IMG/VR virus record: IMGVR_UViG_3300030447_000318
Length of the DNA: 64,000 nucleotides
Source of the DNA: a virus
Reading direction: 5' to 3' (one strand)
In this document: piece after piece, positions 1-9,391 of the stretch
Numbering within the stretch: the first letter of the stretch is position 1
Layout: every line of letters begins with the position of its first letter
Translations under genes and position numbers: made by a program
The notes under the pieces: generated by a model
Database searches by the model: none
What the model was told of the DNA's origin: nothing
Seen by the model: the letters and a program-made list of their open reading frames with translations, nothing else

Positions 1-310
1 TTCAATTTCTCCATATTTTAATGTATTGTCACAAACCATTTTACAACCGTAAATAGATCCTAGATAAAGCATATCTTTTTCATAATCTTCTATACATACA
101 CCCATAACTCCCATAATTACATCTGCATTAATTTTAAAGGTTTTATTATTTAATTCTTTTAATCTTAATCGTTTTAATACGTTTAGGGTGTTTTTATTAG
201 CATATATATAAGGATTGCGGTTTCCATCTTCTCTATATTGTTTAATGGATTTATCCAAATTGTCTGTATTTGTTCCAATATTTATTTTCATATATTTCAC
301 CAATCTTTTA

Positions 311-670
311 CTATTCTTTTAGCCCAATAATATAATATTTTATTTTCCCATTATCATACTTTTTTGTTTCTAATATTCCGCTAACATATCCTCCAATTTT
401 ATCCGAATATTTATTATATGTATCTCTGTCAGAAAAACTATATTCTCTGCCTTTATATTCAACAGTAATCCTATAGGTTTCTGGATATGATTGAGGTAAA
501 ACTGTCTTTAGAATAGGATTGTACACCATTGTAGTAAAAGCTTCTTCATAATACTTATCAGTCACTTTTACTTGTACAGTTGAAGTTTCTGTACTAATAC
601 ATTTTGCACAGCCAGTTAATGTTAAAACAAATACCAATAACATTATTAAGGCGTATAAAAATTTCTTCAT
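311..670 (-). CDS. putative lipoprotein (signal peptide with lipobox LTLTGC)
   Basis: N-terminal hydrophobic segment followed by LTGC lipobox. Fits the minus-strand tiling. Confidence 0.5.
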   Translation of the reverse strand: MKKFLYALIMLLVFVLTLTGCAKCISTETSTVQVKVTDKYYEEAFTTMVYNPILKTVLPQSYPETYRITVEYKGREYSFSDRDTYNKYSDKIGGYVSGILETKKYDNGKIKYYIIGLKE

Positions 671-800
671 AATTCCTTTATTTATTCTCCTTATAACTAA
701 TCTCTTACATGCAATTCATTATGCCTTATTACTAAGTTCAAGAGTTATCTTGTAATTACTATTGCTATAAACCTGAACTCTCATATTGTAGAATTTATTT

Positions 801-1124
801 TTATTTATTCTTAGCAAATTTTGAAAGATTTTTATACACAGTTAAAGAACCATCCATCTTTCCAGAAAGGTATCCTACACTTTCTCTATCTACTTCTAAA
901 GCTGATCCTAAACGACTAAGTGCTTCTAAATATGCATCAGATAAGTCAAAGGAATCGTCAAAGTTATGTTTTCTATATAAGGAATCAACTTCACTTATAA
1001 TTTCAGTCGTTAATTTCATTAACACAATAGACTTATCTGAACTTTCTTCTATCTCATTATAAATATCCGTTAAATTTTTAAATTTGCTTTGGTATAATTT
1101 ATAATCATTTGTTAACTGTTCCAT
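801..1124 (-). CDS. hypothetical protein
   Basis: 107-aa ORF in the co-directional tiling. No recognisable motif. Confidence 0.4.
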   Translation of the reverse strand: MEQLTNDYKLYQSKFKNLTDIYNEIEESSDKSIVLMKLTTEIISEVDSLYRKHNFDDSFDLSDAYLEALSRLGSALEVDRESVGYLSGKMDGSLTVYKNLSKFAKNK

Positions 1125-1143
1125 TTTTTAATTCTCCTTTTGG

Positions 1144-1359
1144 TTATCTGTTTATAACAATTAAAATACCTTCCAAATATAAAGCATAAAAAATAAGATA
1201 TCCCGCACTAGCTAAATACAATGTTTTGAATATGAGTTCACATAGACCATCTGTTGACCATTTTACTCCAACAAATAAATTTAAAATTCCTATAATTATC
1301 AAAATAAAATTAAAAATATTCATAATTTCACCTCCAAAAAAATATAAGAGTACATTCAT
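1144..1359 (-). CDS. small membrane protein
   Basis: 71-aa ORF that is almost entirely hydrophobic, with two predicted TM helices. Confidence 0.4.
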   Translation of the reverse strand: MNVLLYFFGGEIMNIFNFILIIIGILNLFVGVKWSTDGLCELIFKTLYLASAGYLIFYALYLEGILIVINR

Positions 1360-1585
1360 TTTTGTACTCTATGAGAGCATCCTTATTCCTCATCATTACA
1401 TGTTAGGATTGAGGTTTGTTCCAAGGCATTATATTCTCAAATGAGTTTCAGCCTATACGCTCATCGGTTGACTGACTTGTTAATTTCAGCCTTCACCTTT
1501 ACCTTTTCACCATCTCAGGCTTTCAGTTCGTTTTACCTCATTTATATATTCTCTACTAGAACAAAGGAAATCTATGTTTACTGTG

Positions 1586-2371
1586 CTACTCAAACACCTT
1601 TACAAACTTCTCATAGTTACCATCTCTACCATTTGGAACAGCAAATACAACAGTATCGAAGCATTTATGAATAGTAGTTAAATATTCTTTAAATACATTC
1701 GCTACTTCTGTTGCATCTTGACCAAAAACCCCACAACCATAAGCTCCTAAAATAAGAGTGCTCACATTATTATCTTTTGCCATATCAAGAACAAATTTAA
1801 TTCGACTTCTTAATACTTTAGTATTCTCTTCGTCTGACACGTTCTGATATTTCTGCGCAACCGACTTATTTGGAGCAGCACAAGTAATAACGCTACACTC
1901 TATGTGGCTATTCTCTCTAAAGAACCAAACACCAGGAGAAAATAATCCTCTGTTCAAATATAAAGCCTTATTCTTGTGTCGATTATTCCAATCATAAAAC
2001 TCTAATACAAACTGACTCAACACATTGTACAAGAATGATTCGTGACATAAGCACTCTTCCTGTGCCTTACTACCATTTAGAAACATTCCACCTGGATTTT
2101 TATATGAAGAAAAATTAAGAACTGCTGTACTTGGATTGCCGTATTTCATTACAGCGCCTACACTATCAATATTCTCTACAATAATCTTGGTATCTTTGTC
2201 TTCGATATCCTCTTCAAAATCCCTATTAAATGAATCTGTATCATAAATTTTTGTTGCAGAAATAGCAGTCTGAATACAACGACCATATTTATTCTGCATC
2301 TCTTTTGTATGTTTGCGAGCAGTTTCTGCTCTCTGTTCTTTATTCTGCCAATATTCTTTTATATATGCCAT
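1586..2371 (-). CDS. macro-domain / bacterial-type PARG-like protein (TIGR02452/DUF2263-like)
   Basis: C-terminal signature ...TLILGAYGCGVFGQDATEVANVF... matches the LGAWGCGVFGNDP motif of TIGR02452 macro-like proteins. Confidence 0.55.
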   Translation of the reverse strand: MAYIKEYWQNKEQRAETARKHTKEMQNKYGRCIQTAISATKIYDTDSFNRDFEEDIEDKDTKIIVENIDSVGAVMKYGNPSTAVLNFSSYKNPGGMFLNGSKAQEECLCHESFLYNVLSQFVLEFYDWNNRHKNKALYLNRGLFSPGVWFFRENSHIECSVITCAAPNKSVAQKYQNVSDEENTKVLRSRIKFVLDMAKDNNVSTLILGAYGCGVFGQDATEVANVFKEYLTTIHKCFDTVVFAVPNGRDGNYEKFVKVFE

Positions 2372-2492
2372 TTACTTATCATTCCTTTCTATATACAACC
2401 TTAATAGCTCATTGTTTCTATCAATCAAATGATTTACTTCTTCCTTTAATTCTTTATTCTCTTTTTCAAGTGTAGTTATTCTATTTCTCAAC

Positions 2493-2675
2493 TCATCTTC
2501 CGTTGAAAATTTCTGAGTTCCAATCTGCTTCGCCTAAAATTTTCTTTCTTAATGAGTTCCAACCATCATCATAACCATCGCATTCAGAAGTTTCAATGCC
2601 CAAGTAATGTTCATTTGTTAATAGATCTACATATATTTGATTGTCAGGTGAGTTATAATCACAATGGTTACACAT
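2493..2675 (-). CDS. hypothetical small protein
   Basis: 60-aa ORF. A coiled-coil-like reading frame without a start codon continues downstream at 2372-2490 in another frame. Confidence 0.3.
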   Translation of the reverse strand: MCNHCDYNSPDNQIYVDLLTNEHYLGIETSECDGYDDGWNSLRKKILGEADWNSEIFNGR

Positions 2676-2677
2676 AT

Positions 2678-3604
2678 TTATTCTCCAAAAATAATCTTCT
2701 TAGCCCAATTCATAGTTGCAGAACCACACATCTTACCAAAGAATTCACCAGCTTCGATAACTAATTCATTCTCTTCTTTTACACAATCCTCAAAAATTCT
2801 CTTAGGTAGATTCTGTACAACAATTCTCATGTCCTGTGGCTCAATCTTTTGAGGTAAAACACCCTCATCAATCATTTTGTATAATTCTTTTTGAACACGA
2901 TTCTTTGTGACAATCTGCTCTACAATTTCAGAAGTCTTTGCTTTAGCTGCTAATTTCTGAGGATCTTCTACTTTCTGTCTGTGATTATCTTTCTTGATTT
3001 CACTAAGCTGTGAATTTACAATCTTTAATACAAATGGAGTTCTTGAGTTTAGGTTGTTAAGTTCTGTCTGATTCTTAACGACAATTCCTTCAGGTACATC
3101 AACCGCAATATCTGACTTGTGCATAAATGACATACAATGCTCCCAAGAGATAAACTCTCCATCATAAAATGTCTGAACATATCTCAGATTTAATTCATCA
3201 GCAAGTCTCTTAACCTCTGATTGAGGTAAATAACATTCATTCTTTTTGTCATATACATCGTAAAAATATGATTTACCATAAGCTTCTGGAATATATTTAA
3301 TAGTATGTTTTGTAAGCCACTCCATGAAAAATACATAATTTGGATATTTTTGAAATGGTTCAACTGCCAATGTCTGTACCCAATTCCAGAATCCATTTAA
3401 TGTGTTGTTATAATCAAGAGTCTGCCTTCTCGAAAATGCAACTAACTTATTTGTTTCTTTATCATAAGCAATAGCTGAATTGCTTCCATCTACCTTTTCC
3501 TGAATTACAATATGATCTCCTACATGGAAACCACCTGTATTCGCTACTGTTAATTCCGTATCTTCCTTAATACGTGAAATATCCATAAATTTCTTCTGTT
3601 CCAA
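2678..3604 (-). CDS. ATP-dependent RNA ligase (Rnl2-like nucleotidyltransferase)
   Basis: Motif I EKVDGSN (KxDG lysine adenylation site), motif IV-like EGIVVKN and motif V-like VLKIVN. Size 308 aa. Confidence 0.55.
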   Translation of the reverse strand: MEQKKFMDISRIKEDTELTVANTGGFHVGDHIVIQEKVDGSNSAIAYDKETNKLVAFSRRQTLDYNNTLNGFWNWVQTLAVEPFQKYPNYVFFMEWLTKHTIKYIPEAYGKSYFYDVYDKKNECYLPQSEVKRLADELNLRYVQTFYDGEFISWEHCMSFMHKSDIAVDVPEGIVVKNQTELNNLNSRTPFVLKIVNSQLSEIKKDNHRQKVEDPQKLAAKAKTSEIVEQIVTKNRVQKELYKMIDEGVLPQKIEPQDMRIVVQNLPKRIFEDCVKEENELVIEAGEFFGKMCGSATMNWAKKIIFGE

Positions 3605-3644
3605 GTTCAGTACCTCTTTTTCTATTTTTTATGTATATATTCTC

Positions 3645-3920
3645 TTATCTCAACTCAATCTCGCCGAATTTTAATGTATCATCTCTGAACATTTTATTTC
3701 CACGATACATACCAGCGAGACAACCCTTATATGAACTTACAAGTCCAATCCCCCAAGAATTTGCAAACATTTCAGCCTGTTCAATCGGTTTAACCAATGC
3801 TTCAAGCGTCTCTTTATTTGCAAAAATATATGGTCTATGCCCTTTTCTGTATATAAATTCTTCAACTTTCGTATTCAACTTATCAACATTTATCTTATCT
3901 ACTATTGAAAATGTCTCCAT
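3645..3920 (-). CDS. hypothetical protein
   Basis: 91-aa ORF in the tiling. Confidence 0.4.
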   Translation of the reverse strand: METFSIVDKINVDKLNTKVEEFIYRKGHRPYIFANKETLEALVKPIEQAEMFANSWGIGLVSSYKGCLAGMYRGNKMFRDDTLKFGEIELR

Positions 3921-4093
3921 TTATTGTTCTCCTTTCCGAACTTTAAATATAATTTTTTCCCACTATCCGTAAATACAGATATTATCTTCATTTAGGTAAA
4001 TATGAGAAAAACTATTTATTATATCGTCATTCATATCATGAATCAAAATTATTTCTCACCTCACTCCAAGAAATGCTTCTTTCTTATTTCTCA

Positions 4094-4310
4094 TATAAAG
4101 CTTTCTGAAACTGTTTTCTAAATTTTTTACAAGCTGATTCATTTTGGCTATCTGTTAATACTCCATGTATATAACAGTACTGACATGTATATAACAGTAC
4201 TGAATTGAATGTAATAATTCTTGTAACCTCCCAGCATCTTTACCGAGAGTACACCCTTGTTTATTCACATACTTTTCCAAATTATCAAATAACGGATCAA
4301 AATTACTCAT
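4094..4310 (-). pseudogene. small ORF disrupted by a 20-nt tandem duplication
   Basis: ATG at about 4310 opens an ORF that hits a stop straight after a perfect 2 x 20-nt tandem repeat (catgtatataacagtactga, 4163-4202). With one copy removed, the ORF runs on to about 4094 and encodes about 69 aa. Confidence 0.35.
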
Positions 4311-4562
4311 ATCTACAACTTTACCCATACTCTTATTCTCCTATCTGATCTACAATACTCTGTAACTTATCAATATATATCTGAGCGTCTTCCTTGTTGA
4401 AAATCTTAAAATCACATGGGACAATAGTAGCTGCGCAGCTTTACTCACATGTGAACATTTTCCTTTCCTTTGTTTTTGTATTTATATTGTTATATTCTCT
4501 TGTTTGTCCTAAATATTGTATAGTTTTCGTGACAAACCAAGAAACCAAAAATTCATCTTAAT

Positions 4563-4892
4563 TTACTCATATACTGTAATTGTCTTTGCTTCTTTCTGTC
4601 TAAAAGAATACGCACGAATTGGGTGAATCTCATATGGTGCAATATCTTCACATTTATGTATTTCTGGAAATTTTGTTCCATATATAGTAACCCATCTTCC
4701 ATGTTGCATGATCTTTTCCAATGAGATTGTACTTATATTATGCTCTTTGTATTCTTTCATATAAGATTCTTCGCAAAGAAGATATTTTCTATCATAAGAA
4801 CAACTTCCAACATTTTCGTTACTCTCTAAAGCTACAACAACCATTGGAATGTTATTATCTAAAACTACATCACCTATACTTGGTTTATACAT
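4563..4892 (-). CDS. hypothetical protein
   Basis: 109-aa ORF. Confidence 0.45.
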   Translation of the reverse strand: MYKPSIGDVVLDNNIPMVVVALESNENVGSCSYDRKYLLCEESYMKEYKEHNISTISLEKIMQHGRWVTIYGTKFPEIHKCEDIAPYEIHPIRAYSFRQKEAKTITVYE

Positions 4893-4909
4893 ATATATCT
4901 CCTTACATT

Positions 4910-5107
4910 TTATTTGAACTCTATCTTGTTCCTTTTTAATACCTTAACTGCTTTTTCATAATCAGTTTCAGCAACTTTAATATTTTTCATCTTGGACGGT
5001 TTTGGCTTAATCCAATGACGACATTCTGTAATATCTTCGTCAAACCACATTAGACCATCTTCACAATATTTGTGCCATTGGCAGTCACTGTTACCACATT
5101 GACTCAT
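4910..5107 (-). CDS. Cys-rich small protein (putative zinc-binding)
   Basis: 65 aa with the C..C......C...C pattern CGNSDCQWHKYCEDG...TECRHW. Confidence 0.4.
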   Translation of the reverse strand: MSQCGNSDCQWHKYCEDGLMWFDEDITECRHWIKPKPSKMKNIKVAETDYEKAVKVLKRNKIEFK

Positions 5108-5135
5108 TTACGTATTCTCTTATCGTCTTAACAAC

Positions 5136-5426
5136 CTATCTTTCTTCAATAAAACCATCAGGAATTATATCTTTATTTACAGTTATATATGGAACTTCAC
5201 TTCTATCAAAAAAGTTACATGTCAAATATAAATTAACAATATATTTTTCTTCTCCAAGGATTGTTTCAGCGTTATCTACTATATATTGCCCACAATATTT
5301 AATTCTCTGAATAAGTTCATTACGGATAGACTGTTTTTTGTCTTTTACATTTCTGGTTATTCCTTCCATATTCTCTCTCCTTTCGTAAAAAAATTCCGCT
5401 TTCTTTCGGTCTTGATTTTTATACAA
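5136..5426 (-). CDS. hypothetical protein
   Basis: 96-aa ORF. A long inverted repeat lies in its upstream region. Confidence 0.45.
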   Translation of the reverse strand: MYKNQDRKKAEFFYERRENMEGITRNVKDKKQSIRNELIQRIKYCGQYIVDNAETILGEEKYIVNLYLTCNFFDRSEVPYITVNKDIIPDGFIEER

Positions 5427-5817
5427 TATATAGTATATGTCGCAATCGTTTAATACTATATATTGTATATACTATTTTGTTTTCAACTACCTATTATATT
5501 ATTCTCTACTTGTATCTTCAAGAATTTTTAATCCACTTCGCTGACTTCTTAATGTCGGTGCATAACCATTATAAAATCTTATTACGTCAAAACCTTGTGT
5601 GTCATCAATGCAAACATTTGATATTTCAACAAGCTCTCATACCACCAGTAATTCTTCCCCAATACTATATTCCACCATAGTATTGTCTTTGTACTTTTGT
5701 TACCATTCCTCGATTTGTGGTAACAAGTACATTGATCACCTTTTCCCTTCGTATCTTTTATCATCTTCTAGCATTTGTCCTTCGATACATTTAGTCCATT
5801 CCAATTATTCTTTCACC

Positions 5818-6075
5818 TCACTCTATCATTTCAACTTTAATTCTAAATTTTGTTGTTTCTGTATGTTCATTTTCTTGATAAGAACGATTATAATCAAAGT
5901 GCTGATGTTTAACAGTCGCAATCAAGGGAGCATCGTTGCCAGAAACAAATTCCGTATCTGTCTCATAAGTATCTTCTGAACCATCACCAAGTTTAGAGTC
6001 TGTACAATATATCTGATTTGCGTCTAATGCATCTTGAATAATTCTGTAAATGTCTCCTGTATTATACATAGTCAC
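5818..6075 (-). CDS. hypothetical protein
   Basis: 85-aa ORF. Confidence 0.4.
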   Translation of the reverse strand: MTMYNTGDIYRIIQDALDANQIYCTDSKLGDGSEDTYETDTEFVSGNDAPLIATVKHQHFDYNRSYQENEHTETTKFRIKVEMIE

Positions 6076-6083
6076 TCTCCATT

Positions 6084-6299
6084 CTACTGTCCAAAGATTT
6101 CCTCAATAACTTTTGCTTCACATATGCTACAAATACAACCATTTTTCTCATCGTACTTTTCAAGTTCACTAATGAGATTACTACAACACCAACTTGATTC
6201 ATTAAGATGAAATTCAATCATATCGTCATCCCAATCTGAAGGAAAGTCCATAGGTAAATTTATTGCCCATTGTATTGTTTTAGTTTTTCTATCTGTCAT
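6084..6299 (-). CDS. Cys-rich small protein
   Basis: 71 aa with CCSNL...CICSICEAK. Confidence 0.4.
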   Translation of the reverse strand: MTDRKTKTIQWAINLPMDFPSDWDDDMIEFHLNESSWCCSNLISELEKYDEKNGCICSICEAKVIEEIFGQ

Positions 6300-6387
6300 A
6301 TAATCATTCTCCTGTTTTTATTCCTAATACTGCAAATGTTGATAATTCCTACGCTCCAATCTGTTCGGTTGAATCTGTCGATTCAAA

Positions 6388-6624
6388 TTATCTTAAATTC
6401 TTGTAATTCAAATTTATTTTTCTTCCGCATTTTGGACAAAAGTTTATTTCTAAAATATCATCTGAATAATAATCATCCTGACATTCATGCCAGATACTAT
6501 AGGTGTTATTTTCTTCATTGTAAGTAATACAATTTACAATATCTCTATCTGCCCAATAATCAGTTTTTAAAATCAACATCATTATAATCCACTTCCACTT
6601 CTTCATGGCAAAATGGACATTCAA
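6388..6624 (-). CDS. zinc-ribbon small protein
   Basis: 78 aa with a HECQ...CPKCGRKI motif. Confidence 0.4.
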   Translation of the reverse strand: MNVHFAMKKWKWIIMMLILKTDYWADRDIVNCITYNEENNTYSIWHECQDDYYSDDILEINFCPKCGRKINLNYKNLR

Positions 6625-6695
6625 AAGTTATATAAGAAGGCAGCACGCTGACGATTGTATAATTTACACCATTATTCATATTAATCACCTATTTA

Positions 6696-6935
6696 TTAAT
6701 TCTCTTTTCTTCTCATAACTAACTCAAACGCTGTATTAGGATATGTAATTGAGTATTCCTCTTTCTCACCTTCAGAGTCTTCCATGTTACCCATAAACCA
6801 TTCATATACAGCAGCTATCACATCATTTGTCACATCTATCTTATTACCGACCCACATGTGCTTTTCTGTGTCTTGAGTTCCATAATAAATTGTATTTGTA
6901 ATTGGACTTACGCCAAAACCTTTCTTCTTTGTCAA
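6696..6935 (-). CDS. hypothetical protein
   Basis: 79-aa ORF. Confidence 0.4.
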   Translation of the reverse strand: MTKKKGFGVSPITNTIYYGTQDTEKHMWVGNKIDVTNDVIAAVYEWFMGNMEDSEGEKEEYSITYPNTAFELVMRRKEN

Positions 6936-6956
6936 TTAATTATCCCACCTCTATTT

Positions 6957-7472
6957 CTAAATCAAGCCTTTTTCAATTAGTTCGCTTAAATACGAATATT
7001 TATCTAAGTCAAATAAATCAATAGAATCATCTTCACCAAGAACCCATTTATCACAATTCTCGGTGGCTTCCATTTCGTCAATCCAATTATCCCAATTATC
7101 TGCAATAAGCTGACAAAATTTTTCTCCACTTCCACGCAGGAAGCATCTGCCAACCCATTCGGCTTTCATCTTTCGACTAGGATAAACAAGTGTGAAATAA
7201 ATACCATTAGTAATCAAAGCATCTCTGACTTCCTTGTGGCTACTTACAAAAATATAATCAACCTTACCAATATTCTCTTTAATGGGCTGAATATAATTAT
7301 CAGGAAATTCAGGGTTACGATGTTTTTCAATATCCTCTAATTTTGTCGAATCATAACACCAGCTAAATTTACTACTATCACTATCGAGAATTTTATAACC
7401 TTCTTTACTTAATCTTTCAAACGCATATGTTTTCCCACAAGCAGGAAACGCACTAATAATTTTTGTATTCAT
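6957..7472 (-). CDS. P-loop nucleotide/nucleoside kinase-like protein
   Basis: Walker A motif AFPACGKTYA at the N-terminus. Size 171 aa, consistent with a dNMP or polynucleotide kinase. Confidence 0.5.
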   Translation of the reverse strand: MNTKIISAFPACGKTYAFERLSKEGYKILDSDSSKFSWCYDSTKLEDIEKHRNPEFPDNYIQPIKENIGKVDYIFVSSHKEVRDALITNGIYFTLVYPSRKMKAEWVGRCFLRGSGEKFCQLIADNWDNWIDEMEATENCDKWVLGEDDSIDLFDLDKYSYLSELIEKGLI

Positions 7473-7476
7473 TTTA

Positions 7477-7938
7477 TTATTCTCCTATATTAAATACATT
7501 AGCATCACCAATTGCCAAATCTTTTATATTTATAAAAGCCTTATAATTATCTTCCATAGTTGTAATCAATATCTCATCAAACAAATCTTCCATCATACAA
7601 AAAAATCTTACAGACGGATAAAATCCTGGATATTCTTTCGAACGGTATTTATTAACGTTGCCTCTTAATACAGGAAGTCCATGCCTTCTACGCTTGTTGT
7701 TATTCCAATGGATAGGATCGTCATAAAAAGCTTTCTTCTTTCGTCTGTACTCTTCTAATTCTTTTCTTGCAAGTTTATCAAATTCTTTTTCTCGTTCTGT
7801 TTTCGGAGGTTTGCCATGAATGATGTTGTCAAATTGTTTTCTGATATTATCGTTTGCTGTCTGCATTTCTAAATCACTCACCTTATCAAAGTTCTGAGCA
7901 GCATTTAATAGTATGCTCTCCAAATTGTCATTCTCCAT
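7477..7938 (-). CDS. hypothetical protein
   Basis: 153-aa ORF. Confidence 0.45.
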   Translation of the reverse strand: MENDNLESILLNAAQNFDKVSDLEMQTANDNIRKQFDNIIHGKPPKTEREKEFDKLARKELEEYRRKKKAFYDDPIHWNNNKRRRHGLPVLRGNVNKYRSKEYPGFYPSVRFFCMMEDLFDEILITTMEDNYKAFINIKDLAIGDANVFNIGE

Positions 7939-7940
7939 AA

Positions 7941-8363
7941 TTATTTTATAAACTCAACGCTTCCATCAATACATGTTTTTATCTTAAAACCTTTACCAGT
8001 AACTAATATTTTCTTATAACCATATCTCTTTATCCACTTCTTATTTATTCTCTTTCTTTTATGTCTTCTAACCTGAACAATTTTTGTATATTGAATATCA
8101 TAAGCATCTGGCTGCTTTGCCAAATCTAATCCCAATATTTTCATCAGTTCATCGGTATCAATTAACTCATTTGTGTTTAAAGACAATTCATATGTTGGAT
8201 GATGCAAAAATGGTACAATTTTTCTTTCGTTTGTATCATGTATGTAGTCAGTTTTAGAGTTATAATTCAATGAAATATTTATAGCGCCATTTAGGCTACC
8301 AATTTTGCTGTTTGTTTTTGCATCAAACATATCTAATTCACTATCTTTTTCTTCTATTTGCAA
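7941..8363 (-). CDS. hypothetical protein
   Basis: 140-aa ORF with a basic C-terminal patch. Confidence 0.45.
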   Translation of the reverse strand: MQIEEKDSELDMFDAKTNSKIGSLNGAINISLNYNSKTDYIHDTNERKIVPFLHHPTYELSLNTNELIDTDELMKILGLDLAKQPDAYDIQYTKIVQVRRHKRKRINKKWIKRYGYKKILVTGKGFKIKTCIDGSVEFIK

Positions 8364-8428
8364 ATTCTCACCTCAATTTTTATAGAAATATATAAAATTT
8401 TTCTTGAAACGAAAGTTTTATTAAAAAT

Positions 8429-8917
8429 TTATTTCACCGTAAACAACTCTATTATTTTCTCTGGTACATGACTTTCTCTTGCCCTATCAGGCGTCATAAC
8501 AAACACACACCAACCGCCTGACACTACATACTTACCTGGATAATTTTCATGTAAATATTCTTTAACTTTTTCGATGAATTTACCTTGTGCTTTACCAATA
8601 TCATTGTAAGAATATTCATCTTCGTATTCTGATTCATCAATATATTTGCCAAATATCATTGATCCGTCTTTTACATCTTGCAAAAATCGGCTATATTCAT
8701 TCTCTACAATTTCATACATTTCCTTCTCCTCAATTTTCAACAATGACTTCAATATAATTCTTTGATATGGCAGTAATTCAAATCTTATTAGTTCCATAAA
8801 CTTATCAGGATGTTTGTTCCAATAAGCTATTTGTTTATTCCATCTTTCATTGCGAATATTATTTTTTGAGTCACTAATAGATTTAATATACCTGCCATTT
8901 TTAAACTTTATTTTCAT
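8429..8917 (-). CDS. hypothetical protein
   Basis: 162-aa ORF. Confidence 0.45.
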   Translation of the reverse strand: MKIKFKNGRYIKSISDSKNNIRNERWNKQIAYWNKHPDKFMELIRFELLPYQRIILKSLLKIEEKEMYEIVENEYSRFLQDVKDGSMIFGKYIDESEYEDEYSYNDIGKAQGKFIEKVKEYLHENYPGKYVVSGGWCVFVMTPDRARESHVPEKIIELFTVK

Positions 8918-8950
8918 AATTTTATACCTTTATCTGTTCAAATCAATTTT

Positions 8951-9391
8951 TTACATTGACTTTGCAATTTCATTAACTTGATTATTAAGAAGCTTTACAA
9001 TTAAACGCTTCTTAGCAAGGTTCAAACCTTTATCAAAATCAAAAGTATCATCCTTACAACATGTAGCTTCTGCTTTAAATAAATCACATCTAACCTGAAC
9101 CTTTTTACCATTATCTCTTACGTAATATAGGAAACCTCTTTTCTTACCATTAATATCAATAAAATCGTTATTATACATTACATTCCACTTACTCCAAATT
9201 CTTTTTACAGGTGTCTCAACCTTTTCAAAATACTTTTCATACTCGTCATATGACATACAGCCAAGATGACAACCTCCAAACTTAAAACAGATTACTCCAC
9301 CTTCCTGAATATCAGTTACTTCACAAATCTCACCGATGTTGTCAAAAACACCCATCTTCTTAACTAATTTAATTCGATCGCCTTTAATCAT
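8951..9391 (-). CDS. hypothetical protein
   Basis: 146-aa ORF. Confidence 0.45.
   Translation of the reverse strand: MIKGDRIKLVKKMGVFDNIGEICEVTDIQEGGVICFKFGGCHLGCMSYDEYEKYFEKVETPVKRIWSKWNVMYNNDFIDINGKKRGFLYYVRDNGKKVQVRCDLFKAEATCCKDDTFDFDKGLNLAKKRLIVKLLNNQVNEIAKSM

Noticed and set aside
5582-5764. A 60-aa Trp-rich minus ORF in the 5427-5817 gap
   Set aside because: The composition is implausible (WWNIVLGKNYWWYE) and there is no RBS. The region looks non-coding or decayed.
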